Shown here piece by piece: positions 1-7,801 of a DNA stretch of 62,477 bases. The notes beneath the pieces are model-generated. The model was not told where the DNA came from, searched no databases, and worked only from the letters and a program-made list of their open reading frames with translations. Position numbers and translations under genes: made by a program. Every line of letters starts with the position of its first letter. The first letter of the stretch is position 1. Source of the stretch: an uncultured Oscillospiraceae bacterium. GTDB lineage: Bacteria > Bacillota > Clostridia > Oscillospirales > Ruminococcaceae. The DNA lies in the NCBI GenBank assembly GCA_910578965.1, contig CAJTSP010000002.1, positions 1-62,477 on the forward strand. Reading direction: 5' to 3'.

Positions 1-296
1 CTATAGATCTTTTTACATATTCCCCTTTGCTCCAAAATGCTTGCGGCCTTTTCATTTATCTCTACGGCAGAAATGTCTTGTAATTCCGGCATCAAATATT
101 TTATTGCCACAAGATTCAGCCCAATGTTCGACCCAAGCTCCATAACGCTTCCAATTTTATCACACGCAGAAATAATCTTAGAAAACAGATTTATGTTCCC
201 GCTGACCAATGCCTTATTTGCCTCGGAATTCCTGTCCACATAATCATCCCCAAACTTCCCGTGCCAAAAGCTCTCCTGTTCTGTTTTATACGTCAT
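1..296 (-). CDS. class I SAM-dependent methyltransferase, N-terminal ~98 aa only (resembles the methylase family seen in pseudaminic-acid clusters); 3' end lies beyond the window start
   Basis: Not in the ORF track because it is truncated. Manual minus-strand translation from the ATG at 294-296 gives MTYKTEQESFWHGKFGDDYVDRNSEANKALVSGNINLFSKIISACDKIGSVMELGSNIGLNLVAIKYL... It has an FWxGxFGxxYxxRN N-terminus and an ELGSNIG glycine-rich SAM motif. The start overlaps the stop of the upstream aminotransferase by 11 nt. GC is visibly lower than the neighbours. Confidence 0.6.
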   Translation of the reverse strand, partial: MTYKTEQESFWHGKFGDDYVDRNSEANKALVSGNINLFSKIISACDKIGSVMELGSNIGLNLVAIKYLMPELQDISAVEINEKAASILEQRGICKKIY

Positions 297-1509
297 TTTG
301 CCTACGCTCCTGTTCTTTCTGATAATATTTGATTACGCGCTTAACCGCGTGGATCACATCTTTTACGTCCTGGTCGGTCATCTTTGGGTAAAGCGGGATG
401 CTCATAATGCCCTTGTATACTTCCTCCGCCTGGGGGCACAGTCCCCTTTGGTATCCGAGATGCTGATAATACGGGAACCAGTACACCGGCACATAATGGA
501 TCTGGCATTGCACATTTTCGGCGCTCATGGCATCAAAAAACTCCCTGCGCGTGCAGGCCAGCTTACCCAGGTCCAGGCGGATAATGTACAGGTGCCGGCA
601 GGTATCGGATTGCGAAATTTCCTTTTGCACAATGAGTTCCGGAATCTTTGAAAACGCCTCGTCATACGCCTTGACAATCTCTTTCCTTCGGGCCGCAAAA
701 CGATCCAGCTTTTTCATTTGGCTCGCAATCAGGGCCGCCTGAAAATCGGTAAGCCGGTAGTTGTAGCCCAGCATCACCTGCTCATAGTACCAGGGGCCTT
801 CGTGCGGCGCGCCTTCCATGTCCGCTTGGTCATGCGTAATGCCATGCGTGCGCACCAGCATCAGCTTTTTATAGTATTCTTCGCTGTTGGTGGTAATTGC
901 GCCGCCCTCGCCGCCGGTAATCGTTTTAACCGGGTGGAAGCTGAAGCAGGTCATATCCGCCAGGCTGCCGATAGGTTTCCCGTCATAGCGGGTTGCAATG
1001 GCATGGGCGGCATCCTCAATAAAGACCAGATGGTATTGCTCGCAGATTTCCCGGATTTCTCTATGCTTTACTGCCTGTCCGGTAAAATCCACTGCGACAA
1101 CGGCTTTTGTTTTAGGGGTAATGCAGGCCCGGATGCTTTCAGGGTCAATATTATAGGTATGGGGGTCAATATCTGCAAATACCGGCCTTGCGCCGCAGTA
1201 CAGCGCACAGTTGGCGCTGGCAGCAAAGGTCAGGGGGGTGGTAATCACCTCGTCGCCCGGGCCAATGCCTGCCGCCATGCAGGCACAGTGCAGCGCCGCC
1301 GTCCCATTGCTTACGGCTACCGCAAACCTTGCGCCGGTATACCCTGCCAGCTCCTGCTCAAATTCATCCACCTTGGGCCCGCAGGTAATAAAATCGCTGC
1401 GTAGCACCTCCGCCGCCGCCTGTATGTCGTCCTCGTCAATCCATTGTCGGCCGTAAAATATCTTGCTGTTCCGTACCGGATACCCGCCTTTAATCGCCAG
1501 CTTTTCCAT
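286..1509 (-). CDS. DegT/DnrJ/EryC1/StrS-family PLP-dependent sugar aminotransferase (PseC-like 4-aminotransferase)
   Basis: ORF 286..1527. Motifs: YGRQWIDEDDIQAAAEVLRSDFITCGPKV, AVSNGTAALH, and FSFHPVK containing the PLP lysine. The GGAGG inside the first codons favours the internal ATG at 1509 (MEKLAIKGG...). Confidence 0.9.
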   Translation of the reverse strand: MEKLAIKGGYPVRNSKIFYGRQWIDEDDIQAAAEVLRSDFITCGPKVDEFEQELAGYTGARFAVAVSNGTAALHCACMAAGIGPGDEVITTPLTFAASANCALYCGARPVFADIDPHTYNIDPESIRACITPKTKAVVAVDFTGQAVKHREIREICEQYHLVFIEDAAHAIATRYDGKPIGSLADMTCFSFHPVKTITGGEGGAITTNSEEYYKKLMLVRTHGITHDQADMEGAPHEGPWYYEQVMLGYNYRLTDFQAALIASQMKKLDRFAARRKEIVKAYDEAFSKIPELIVQKEISQSDTCRHLYIIRLDLGKLACTRREFFDAMSAENVQCQIHYVPVYWFPYYQHLGYQRGLCPQAEEVYKGIMSIPLYPKMTDQDVKDVIHAVKRVIKYYQKEQERRQNDV

Positions 1510-1544
1510 TTGCAAAGCGCCTCCCATCCTGTTTTTGCCGCGGC

Positions 1545-2603
1545 CTACCGCCGCCCCTGCTCGTTGACCAAATACCCGTGCATGTCAATCTCCGAGAGGA
1601 CTTCTTTTTTTTGCGGCAATTGTTTTGCTATCGTTTCCAGCCGGTTTTCGTCCATATCGAGCCTGTCCACCTTTGCATATGCGGCAATCAGGTCCAACGG
1701 GCTGACGCCAAATTTCCCTGCACAGCGGTGGACGGCCTGTAAATAACTTGAATGGAAGCCCGCCAGCCCGCACACGGTGTCTATGGGGTCTGTAATGCCG
1801 GAGCCGACAAACCGGGCGACATATTTTTTCCCCAGCAGGAGCAGCTCGCTGACATCCACATCCTCCTTGCCTCTCATTTTCTGGGAAACCGCAATGAGGT
1901 GCTCTGTTACCGTGTTGCCCGCACTGCGCCCCAGCCCCTGCAGGGATGCGTCGATCAGAGAAAAGCCTATCTCAGCGGCGTACAGACTGTTGGACAGCGC
2001 AAGCCCCAAGTTATTATGCCCATGATACCCCAAAGGCAAGGCAGACACGGCCCGGATCTCCTCATAATACCGCAGGATGTCCGCCGGCAGCATGCTGCCG
2101 GCGGAATCCACAAGGTACACGGCGTCTGCACCGTAGCTTTCCGACTTTTTTACCTGCTGCGCAAACTGCGCCGGTTCCATCACATAGGATTTCATGTAAT
2201 TTGCCATAACCATAACGCCCATCTTTTTGCACAGGCGGATGTACGGCTCGGATTTTTCTATCGCGTCCACATTGGTTCCCACGCGCACAAAATCCAGCCC
2301 GGCCGCACACAGGCGTTCCACCTGCTCCAGGCTTGCCACGCCCGGCACGCAAAACATCCCAACCTTTGCTTTGCAAACGGTTTCCTTTGCAGCCTGCAGG
2401 TATTCCATATCCGTATGCAGCGCGGCGCCATAGCGTGGGCCGCTGGCCCCAATCCCCATGCCGTGCCCGATCTCAATATAGGGGATGCCCAGGCGGTCCA
2501 GGCCGCCGCCAATACACTGCACATCCGTATTGGAAAATTGGAAATTGATCTTATAGCTGCCGTCCCGCAGCGTTACATCCATAATTTGAAAATCATTCAT
2601 CAT
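1545..2603 (-). CDS. HMGL-like / DmpG-type (4-hydroxy-2-oxovalerate aldolase-like) pyruvate aldolase
   Basis: N-terminus IMDVTLRDGSY, typical of the pyruvate carboxyltransferase/HMGL TIM barrel. Also HGHNNLGLALSNSL and 352 aa, the DmpG size. Its start overlaps the upstream stop by 11 nt. Confidence 0.8.
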   Translation of the reverse strand: MMNDFQIMDVTLRDGSYKINFQFSNTDVQCIGGGLDRLGIPYIEIGHGMGIGASGPRYGAALHTDMEYLQAAKETVCKAKVGMFCVPGVASLEQVERLCAAGLDFVRVGTNVDAIEKSEPYIRLCKKMGVMVMANYMKSYVMEPAQFAQQVKKSESYGADAVYLVDSAGSMLPADILRYYEEIRAVSALPLGYHGHNNLGLALSNSLYAAEIGFSLIDASLQGLGRSAGNTVTEHLIAVSQKMRGKEDVDVSELLLLGKKYVARFVGSGITDPIDTVCGLAGFHSSYLQAVHRCAGKFGVSPLDLIAAYAKVDRLDMDENRLETIAKQLPQKKEVLSEIDMHGYLVNEQGRR

Positions 2604-3372
2604 CTTCCTCCCGCGTTAAAAAACGGGGCCTTGCTTTCAGGGTTTCGGTAATCAGCTCCAGGTAAGCCGCTGCGGGGAAAGACACGATCTCCCCGCGCCC
2701 CAGCGGCGCAGCGCCAAAAAACGGCTGCCGGCGCACAAGCTTGTCCAGGCGGGTAAAGCAGGGGCCGTCCTGCGGGCGGTCGGTATCGTACACATAATGC
2801 ACGGCATAATCGCGCACCCTTTGCCCGCCCGAGACATACACGCCGTTAAACGCCTTGTTGTACCGGTAAGAAACCTTGTTTTGATGCTCGGCATAATGCA
2901 CGAAGGTAGAGCCGCAATCAAAATTAAAGCAGGCGATCCGGCCGTTTTTAGAGAGGAACTTTTCCCAGAAGCTGCCCGCCCCAAATGCTTCGTGGCTCCA
3001 GCTTTTGGTATAAAAGGCAGCGTTTTCCCCCTCCGCCACCACCGAAAAATTGGGGTCGCCGGAGCGCAGCGCCGCGGGCCTTGCCCGCAGGCCTTCCGGA
3101 AGCATGCCGCACTGCGAAGGCGTTGCGTCCGGGTCAAAAACCGTCCCATGGCAAAAGGAATAGGTAAACGACGGCGCAATCAGGGTCCCTTTGGGCCCAA
3201 CCACCGTTAAAACCGCTTTAATAAAAAGGCTGCACAGCTCCTGCGGGCTGCGAGCCCCCTCCAAACGGCCAAAAAAGCCGAGATTGGAGTGGATAAACAC
3301 ATCCTCACCCGCGCACAGGCCGGCCCCGCGCAACGCCGCCAACAGCTCGTCATAGGTATATACTGCGGCCAT
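2593..3372 (-). CDS. AAC(3)-family (Antibiotic_NAT fold) N-acyltransferase
   Basis: 259 aa. Family-typical N-terminus (LLAALRGAGLCAGEDVFIHSNLGFFG) and FTYSFCHG...FDCGSTFVHYAEH layout. Confidence 0.75.
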   Translation of the reverse strand: MAAVYTYDELLAALRGAGLCAGEDVFIHSNLGFFGRLEGARSPQELCSLFIKAVLTVVGPKGTLIAPSFTYSFCHGTVFDPDATPSQCGMLPEGLRARPAALRSGDPNFSVVAEGENAAFYTKSWSHEAFGAGSFWEKFLSKNGRIACFNFDCGSTFVHYAEHQNKVSYRYNKAFNGVYVSGGQRVRDYAVHYVYDTDRPQDGPCFTRLDKLVRRQPFFGAAPLGRGEIVSFPAAAYLELITETLKARPRFLTREEDDE

Positions 3373-3375
3373 CCC

Positions 3376-3636
3376 CTACTCCCCCTGCCTGCCGGCACAG
3401 ATTTCTGCCAGGCCGTTGATGGTTGCAAAAGAGCGGTCCTCAAAGGCATCGCTCGGAAAGGCAACCTGATGCGTTTCCTCCAGCGCCTCAACCAGTTCGA
3501 TAAAGCCAAATGAGTCAAGGTATCCGAGGTCAAAATAATTTTCGTCTGCATGCGCCTCAATTTCCGCCGGGGTGCGGCCCGTCTGCCCGCAAAACCATTC
3601 AATCAGCCACTTTTTTATCTTCTCTTTATAATTCAT
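3376..3636 (-). CDS. acyl/aminoacyl carrier protein (DltC-like small carrier)
   Basis: ORF 3376..3654. LGYLDSFGFIELVEALEE carries the phosphopantetheine-Ser DSF motif. An AAGGAGG lies upstream of the internal ATG at 3636. 86 aa. Confidence 0.8.
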   Translation of the reverse strand: MNYKEKIKKWLIEWFCGQTGRTPAEIEAHADENYFDLGYLDSFGFIELVEALEETHQVAFPSDAFEDRSFATINGLAEICAGRQGE

Positions 3637-4288
3637 GCGAAAGCCTCCTTGCAATTACACGGCACGGGGAGCCGTCGCTCCCCTTCAGCTTTAAGGGCAG
3701 CGCAACGATCTCATAATTGCCGCCGTCCTCCAACTGCTCCGTATTGTTCAGATATTCCACAATAACAACCTGCTTGCCCAGCAGCAGCTTATGGCCCAAG
3801 GAATCCTCTTTTTTTCCGATGGCAGAGGCCGTATCAGGAGACGGCGTGTCAATGGCAAGCATCTCCAGGCCGTTGTCTGTAAGGTACCGCAGGGTCTCCA
3901 GCTCAAAATACGGATAATCCTGATAATAACGGGGAGTTTTCCAGTTGCGGTACCAGCCAAACTTGAACAGCATTTTAGGGGCCACGGCAATTCCCTCCAA
4001 GTCCCCCGGGCAAACGCAGCCACCCGGCGGGATATGGCTCAAATCCGTTACCCGGATGCTGCCGCACAGCTTTTCCAGCGGGATTTCATCCACCCCATAG
4101 GTCCCGTTATAAAAATGCAGCGGCGCGTCCAGATGCGTGGCCGAATGGCTGCCCAGGGTAATGACGGACGTGTTGCGGCCAACCTCCTCCAGCCTGCCCA
4201 GGCGGGCAATGGACGGCGCCGCATGCCAGGCGGTACCGCAGGTCATACAGGTGTTGTCAATCGTCAGCGTTAAATCAATCCAGCTCAT
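3626..4288 (-). CDS. putative cyclase family protein (kynurenine-formamidase-like metal hydrolase)
   Basis: HSATHLDAPLHF matches the HxGTHxDxPxH-type motif of PF04199-like proteins. GGAGGA RBS lies before the ATG at 4288. Confidence 0.8.
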   Translation of the reverse strand: MSWIDLTLTIDNTCMTCGTAWHAAPSIARLGRLEEVGRNTSVITLGSHSATHLDAPLHFYNGTYGVDEIPLEKLCGSIRVTDLSHIPPGGCVCPGDLEGIAVAPKMLFKFGWYRNWKTPRYYQDYPYFELETLRYLTDNGLEMLAIDTPSPDTASAIGKKEDSLGHKLLLGKQVVIVEYLNNTEQLEDGGNYEIVALPLKLKGSDGSPCRVIARRLSHEL

Positions 4289-4391
4289 TTTTCCTCCGCC
4301 CTTCTAACAATGCCTTGGCAACCAGCGCCAGGGCGCCCCACATATGCGGTGGCTGCATAAAAGCAAGGCCGCCAATCCCCAGCGCCCTTTT

Positions 4392-5036
4392 TTACTGCAT
4401 ACCGCCGGCCGGCACGGGCCTGCCGACCGAAATGATCTCAGCGATATCGCCATATCCGCTCGCGGCAAACGATATGCGCAGCGCTTTGCCGTTCACGGAC
4501 AGGTCATCGGCCCCGCTCACGGCAAAGCCCTGCTGCAAAAGCTTTTTTTGCAGATCGGCATGGTGGGTCACAATAAACGCCAGCGCCACCGGGCCCTCCT
4601 GGTCCAGCCATGCCTTTTGCCCGCCGCGTCCCTCCAGCAGGCGTATTTTTACGGGCATCCTGTCCAGAGGGCCCTTGCCCGCCAGCAGGGCCGGGTCATC
4701 CTCTGCCGGGCAAAGGCCAAAGTTTTGCCAAAACGCGGCGCTGCCTGCGGCATCCTGAGTAGGTATCCAGATTTCCGCCTCATCCTGGCGGACCGAGAGC
4801 CCCGACAGGCCGCGGCAGGCGTCATATACAACCACCTCAAGCGGGTAGCCCGCCGGGCTGTCCAGCTTAATCAGCTCATGGCTTGCATGCGGCCTTTGAA
4901 ACAGGGGCTGCTTTGCCGCAATATTGGGCAGCCCCTCCTCCGAAAAACGCACGCTGTACCCGCAAAGCCGCTCAAGCGTTTGCCGGCGCTTTTCTGCCGG
5001 GGTTGCAAGCGTGATATGGTCCAGCATAAGGATCAT
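4392..5036 (-). CDS. VOC/glyoxalase-like family protein (weak call)
   Basis: ORF 4392..5054. The MILMLDHITLA N-terminus is typical of VOC-fold proteins. The internal ATG at 5036 forms an ATGA overlap with the ligase stop. Confidence 0.45.
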   Translation of the reverse strand: MILMLDHITLATPAEKRRQTLERLCGYSVRFSEEGLPNIAAKQPLFQRPHASHELIKLDSPAGYPLEVVVYDACRGLSGLSVRQDEAEIWIPTQDAAGSAAFWQNFGLCPAEDDPALLAGKGPLDRMPVKIRLLEGRGGQKAWLDQEGPVALAFIVTHHADLQKKLLQQGFAVSGADDLSVNGKALRISFAASGYGDIAEIISVGRPVPAGGMQ

Positions 5037-6472
5037 GGATGCGTCATCTCCCATTCCTGCCTCAGCCTTGGCTTATCAATTTTCCCGTTGAGGTTCCTGG
5101 GCAGCTCGGGCAGGTTTACCAGCGCATCCAGCCTATATTTACGGCCTAACCGCTGTTCTATGGCGGCGTTTAACGCGCTGCGCTCCAGCCCCGCCGTCTC
5201 GGCGCCCGCAGTCCAGCATACAATTTGCTCATCGCCCCGCCTTGACACGCCAAGCACAACGCACTGCGCAATGCCAAACACGCTTTGCAGGCATTGTTCG
5301 ATATCGTTGGGGTTGATATTGAGGCCCCCCTTGATAATCAGGTCCTTTTTCCGCCCGCAGACGATTAGCTGCTCCGGGGTCCCGTCGATCAGGTCCCCGG
5401 TGTCGTACCATTCCGGCGGGCGGCAAAGCGGCCTGCCACCATTCCAGTACCCCAAAAACATCCACGGCACCCGGAAGCTGGCCTCGCCGTCCGGCAGGCG
5501 CTTCATTTCCACGCCGTTCAAAAGCCGCCCCACCGAATGGTCCCTTGCGGGGCCGGCCGCACACTGGCTGGTCAAAAACAGTGTTTCCGAAAGGCCGTAG
5601 CTCTGGTACAGCCGTATTCCATAGGCCTGTTCAAAATCCTCTCGAAGCCGCGCGTCCAGCGGCGCGGTCCCAACGCTAAAGGTAATTTTGCGGCCCGCAA
5701 GCGCGTCCCGCCCGCTCCTCTGCCGGTCTACGGTAAGGAGCATCCGCAGCATCGCGGGCGCCATCCAAAAGCAGTTTACCCGGTACTCCGCAACCCTTTT
5801 CCAAAAGGGTACTGCCTCCATCACCGAAAACCGGCGTCCCAATACAATGCGGCAGCCAAACAGGAACGGGAGGAAAATCGTATTCAGGATACCGGCCATA
5901 TAGGTCATGGGCATAGCGTGATAGAAGATATCCCCCTGCGCATAGCCAAGCAGCTCCCCAAAGGACAGCGCGCTCGCAATGAGGCTGCGCAAGGAATGCA
6001 CCACCCCCTTGGGCAGGCCCGTACTGCCGGAGGTATAGGTAATGAGATAGGGTTTTTCAAAATCCGTCTGCGCAAACAGCTCCTCCAGCGGCCGGCCGGC
6101 CGGCTTGCCGGGCTGCGCCGCCTGCTGCAGCGCTTTTTTGAGTGCGCAATCCGGCTCGGCGCCCACCAGCTCGGCGTCAGGATGGCAGGCGCGGATCCGT
6201 TCGATCTCCGCAGGGCTCTTTTGCGGGTCCAACGGGATAATCTCCTTGTTTTCCATCGCGCAGGCAAAATACAGCATGCAGAGGGCCGGCGAATTTTCCA
6301 TACAGGCCATGAGCTGGCGCGCCCGCACCGCCCTAACCTGCTCCGCCATTGCCTGCACCCCGCCAAAAAAGTCCTGGTAGGTATAAACAAAGCCATCCTC
6401 CGCCCGGATCAGAAACGGCCCGTCCGCCGCAAGGGAGCGCATATGCCGCTGCCAATACTCTTTTTCTGTCAT
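5033..6472 (-). CDS. AMP-dependent synthetase/ligase (adenylate-forming acyl- or aminoacyl-carrier ligase)
   Basis: YTSGSTGLPKGV (A3 core), YGLSET, GDLID...GRKKDLIIKGG (A8 region). 479 aa. 4-nt overlap with the upstream gene. Confidence 0.9.
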   Translation of the reverse strand: MTEKEYWQRHMRSLAADGPFLIRAEDGFVYTYQDFFGGVQAMAEQVRAVRARQLMACMENSPALCMLYFACAMENKEIIPLDPQKSPAEIERIRACHPDAELVGAEPDCALKKALQQAAQPGKPAGRPLEELFAQTDFEKPYLITYTSGSTGLPKGVVHSLRSLIASALSFGELLGYAQGDIFYHAMPMTYMAGILNTIFLPFLFGCRIVLGRRFSVMEAVPFWKRVAEYRVNCFWMAPAMLRMLLTVDRQRSGRDALAGRKITFSVGTAPLDARLREDFEQAYGIRLYQSYGLSETLFLTSQCAAGPARDHSVGRLLNGVEMKRLPDGEASFRVPWMFLGYWNGGRPLCRPPEWYDTGDLIDGTPEQLIVCGRKKDLIIKGGLNINPNDIEQCLQSVFGIAQCVVLGVSRRGDEQIVCWTAGAETAGLERSALNAAIEQRLGRKYRLDALVNLPELPRNLNGKIDKPRLRQEWEMTHP

Positions 6473-7776
6473 TGGCCCTTACCCCGCCCTTCGCAGATTT
6501 CCAGCAGCCCGGCTTCTGTCAGCCTGTCCACCAAGGGGATCAGGGTTTCCAGCGGCGCGTGGATCGTATCGCTGATGGCAATCAGGTCCATGCTCCCGTC
6601 TGCATAAGCAATCAGGTTCATCATGTCCCGCACCGCATCCGCCGACCCCTTATAGCTTTCCGTCGGGTACAGGCCCCTTTTCCCAAGCTGCGGCTCGCAC
6701 AGGCAGCTTACCCGATAATACCGATTATATTCCAGCCCGCGCAGGCATTTCCGGTAAACGTCCAGCGCCCCCTGAAGCCCCTCGGGCGAAATCAGGGACA
6801 GGTCGTCCGCCGAGGTATGATATTCGGGATACTCACCAAACTTGCTGCGGCAGATGGAGCAAACCGGCAGGTCCACGCCGGGCGCGTTGTACTGCCGCTC
6901 ATCCGACCCTCGCTTTAGGTAGGAGTAGGTGACGTACCCCGGCGCATGGGTGCGCAGTACGTTCCGGGCTACCCGGTCCGCCAGGGTATCCCCCTTGCGG
7001 GATTCGATATAACTGTATGCACGGTTATCGCCCACACAGGATAGGTTAAACCCGGCGGCCACCGCCCGTTTCAGATGTTCCAGGTTGCGGCTGATATAAA
7101 CGATGGAGCCAAGCGTCTCCGGTACAAATACAAACCGGTAGGCATATCTCCTCACCGGCTGCTTTTCCAGCCAGCAGGCCAGCGCCGCAGCGACACACGG
7201 CCCGGAGAGCTCGTTGTTTGCCATGGACGGATGGCAGATATAGGTGGAAAGCAATATTTCCTGCCCCGCGCCGCCCAAAACCGTCGCCGGCAGGAGGTAT
7301 TCGCCATAGGTAAGAAAACCGGGCTCGAGCGTACTGTCGATATACATACGGTACTGCCCTGCGCGCAGGCCGTCCCGCTGCCTTTTGCTCATGCAAAACC
7401 CAAAGCGGCGCTTATAATAGGACGTCACATACGGGATAACGTCCGGCTGATCCTCCTGCACATAGATGTGCCGTTTCAGCTCCTCAAGGCCAACAATCTG
7501 GTCCACCGGCTCGGAATATCCCATAATGTGCAGGTTATGGTCCTTGAAAGAAACCACCCGCTTGCCCTGCCCGTCTGCAATAAACCCATCCCGGATATTC
7601 CACTCGTCCGGCACCGTCCAATCGAACGCGCGGGTTCCGCTGGGCACCTCATAGATTTGCATATTGGGCATAGTTTCCTGTAAAATTTTCAGCGTTTCAC
7701 GCACCCCGTTGCCTGTAAGGCTGCGGCATATGGGAAACAGCCGCTGTGCCAGCCGGTACATTTCCTTGCCTTCCAT
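6469..7776 (-). CDS. DUF4910/DUF2172-type aminopeptidase-like (M28-fold) protein
   Basis: N-terminus MYRLAQRLFPICRSLTGNGVRETLKIL and the 435-aa size match my recollection of the aminopeptidase-like family that co-occurs with AAC(3)-like genes in glycan loci. GGGAGGGGG RBS. Confidence 0.6.
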   Translation of the reverse strand: MEGKEMYRLAQRLFPICRSLTGNGVRETLKILQETMPNMQIYEVPSGTRAFDWTVPDEWNIRDGFIADGQGKRVVSFKDHNLHIMGYSEPVDQIVGLEELKRHIYVQEDQPDVIPYVTSYYKRRFGFCMSKRQRDGLRAGQYRMYIDSTLEPGFLTYGEYLLPATVLGGAGQEILLSTYICHPSMANNELSGPCVAAALACWLEKQPVRRYAYRFVFVPETLGSIVYISRNLEHLKRAVAAGFNLSCVGDNRAYSYIESRKGDTLADRVARNVLRTHAPGYVTYSYLKRGSDERQYNAPGVDLPVCSICRSKFGEYPEYHTSADDLSLISPEGLQGALDVYRKCLRGLEYNRYYRVSCLCEPQLGKRGLYPTESYKGSADAVRDMMNLIAYADGSMDLIAISDTIHAPLETLIPLVDRLTEAGLLEICEGRGKGQ

Positions 7777-7801
7777 AACCGATACCCCCTCCCTTCGTTT
7801 T

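Noticed and set aside
37-243. 68-aa plus-strand ORF at the window start
   Set aside because: It is antisense to the truncated methyltransferase, whose minus-strand translation has a SAM-binding motif and operon coupling.
4344-5600. 418-aa plus-strand ORF. The same reasoning applies to similar long ORFs at 13378..14565, 16299..17471, 32785..33942, 36952..38058, 39982..41208, 55122..56315, 58055..58990 and 58797..59540.
   Set aside because: All lie antisense to, or out of frame with, genes carrying diagnostic motifs. All have Arg/Gly/Pro/His-rich compositions characteristic of non-coding frames in GC-rich DNA.
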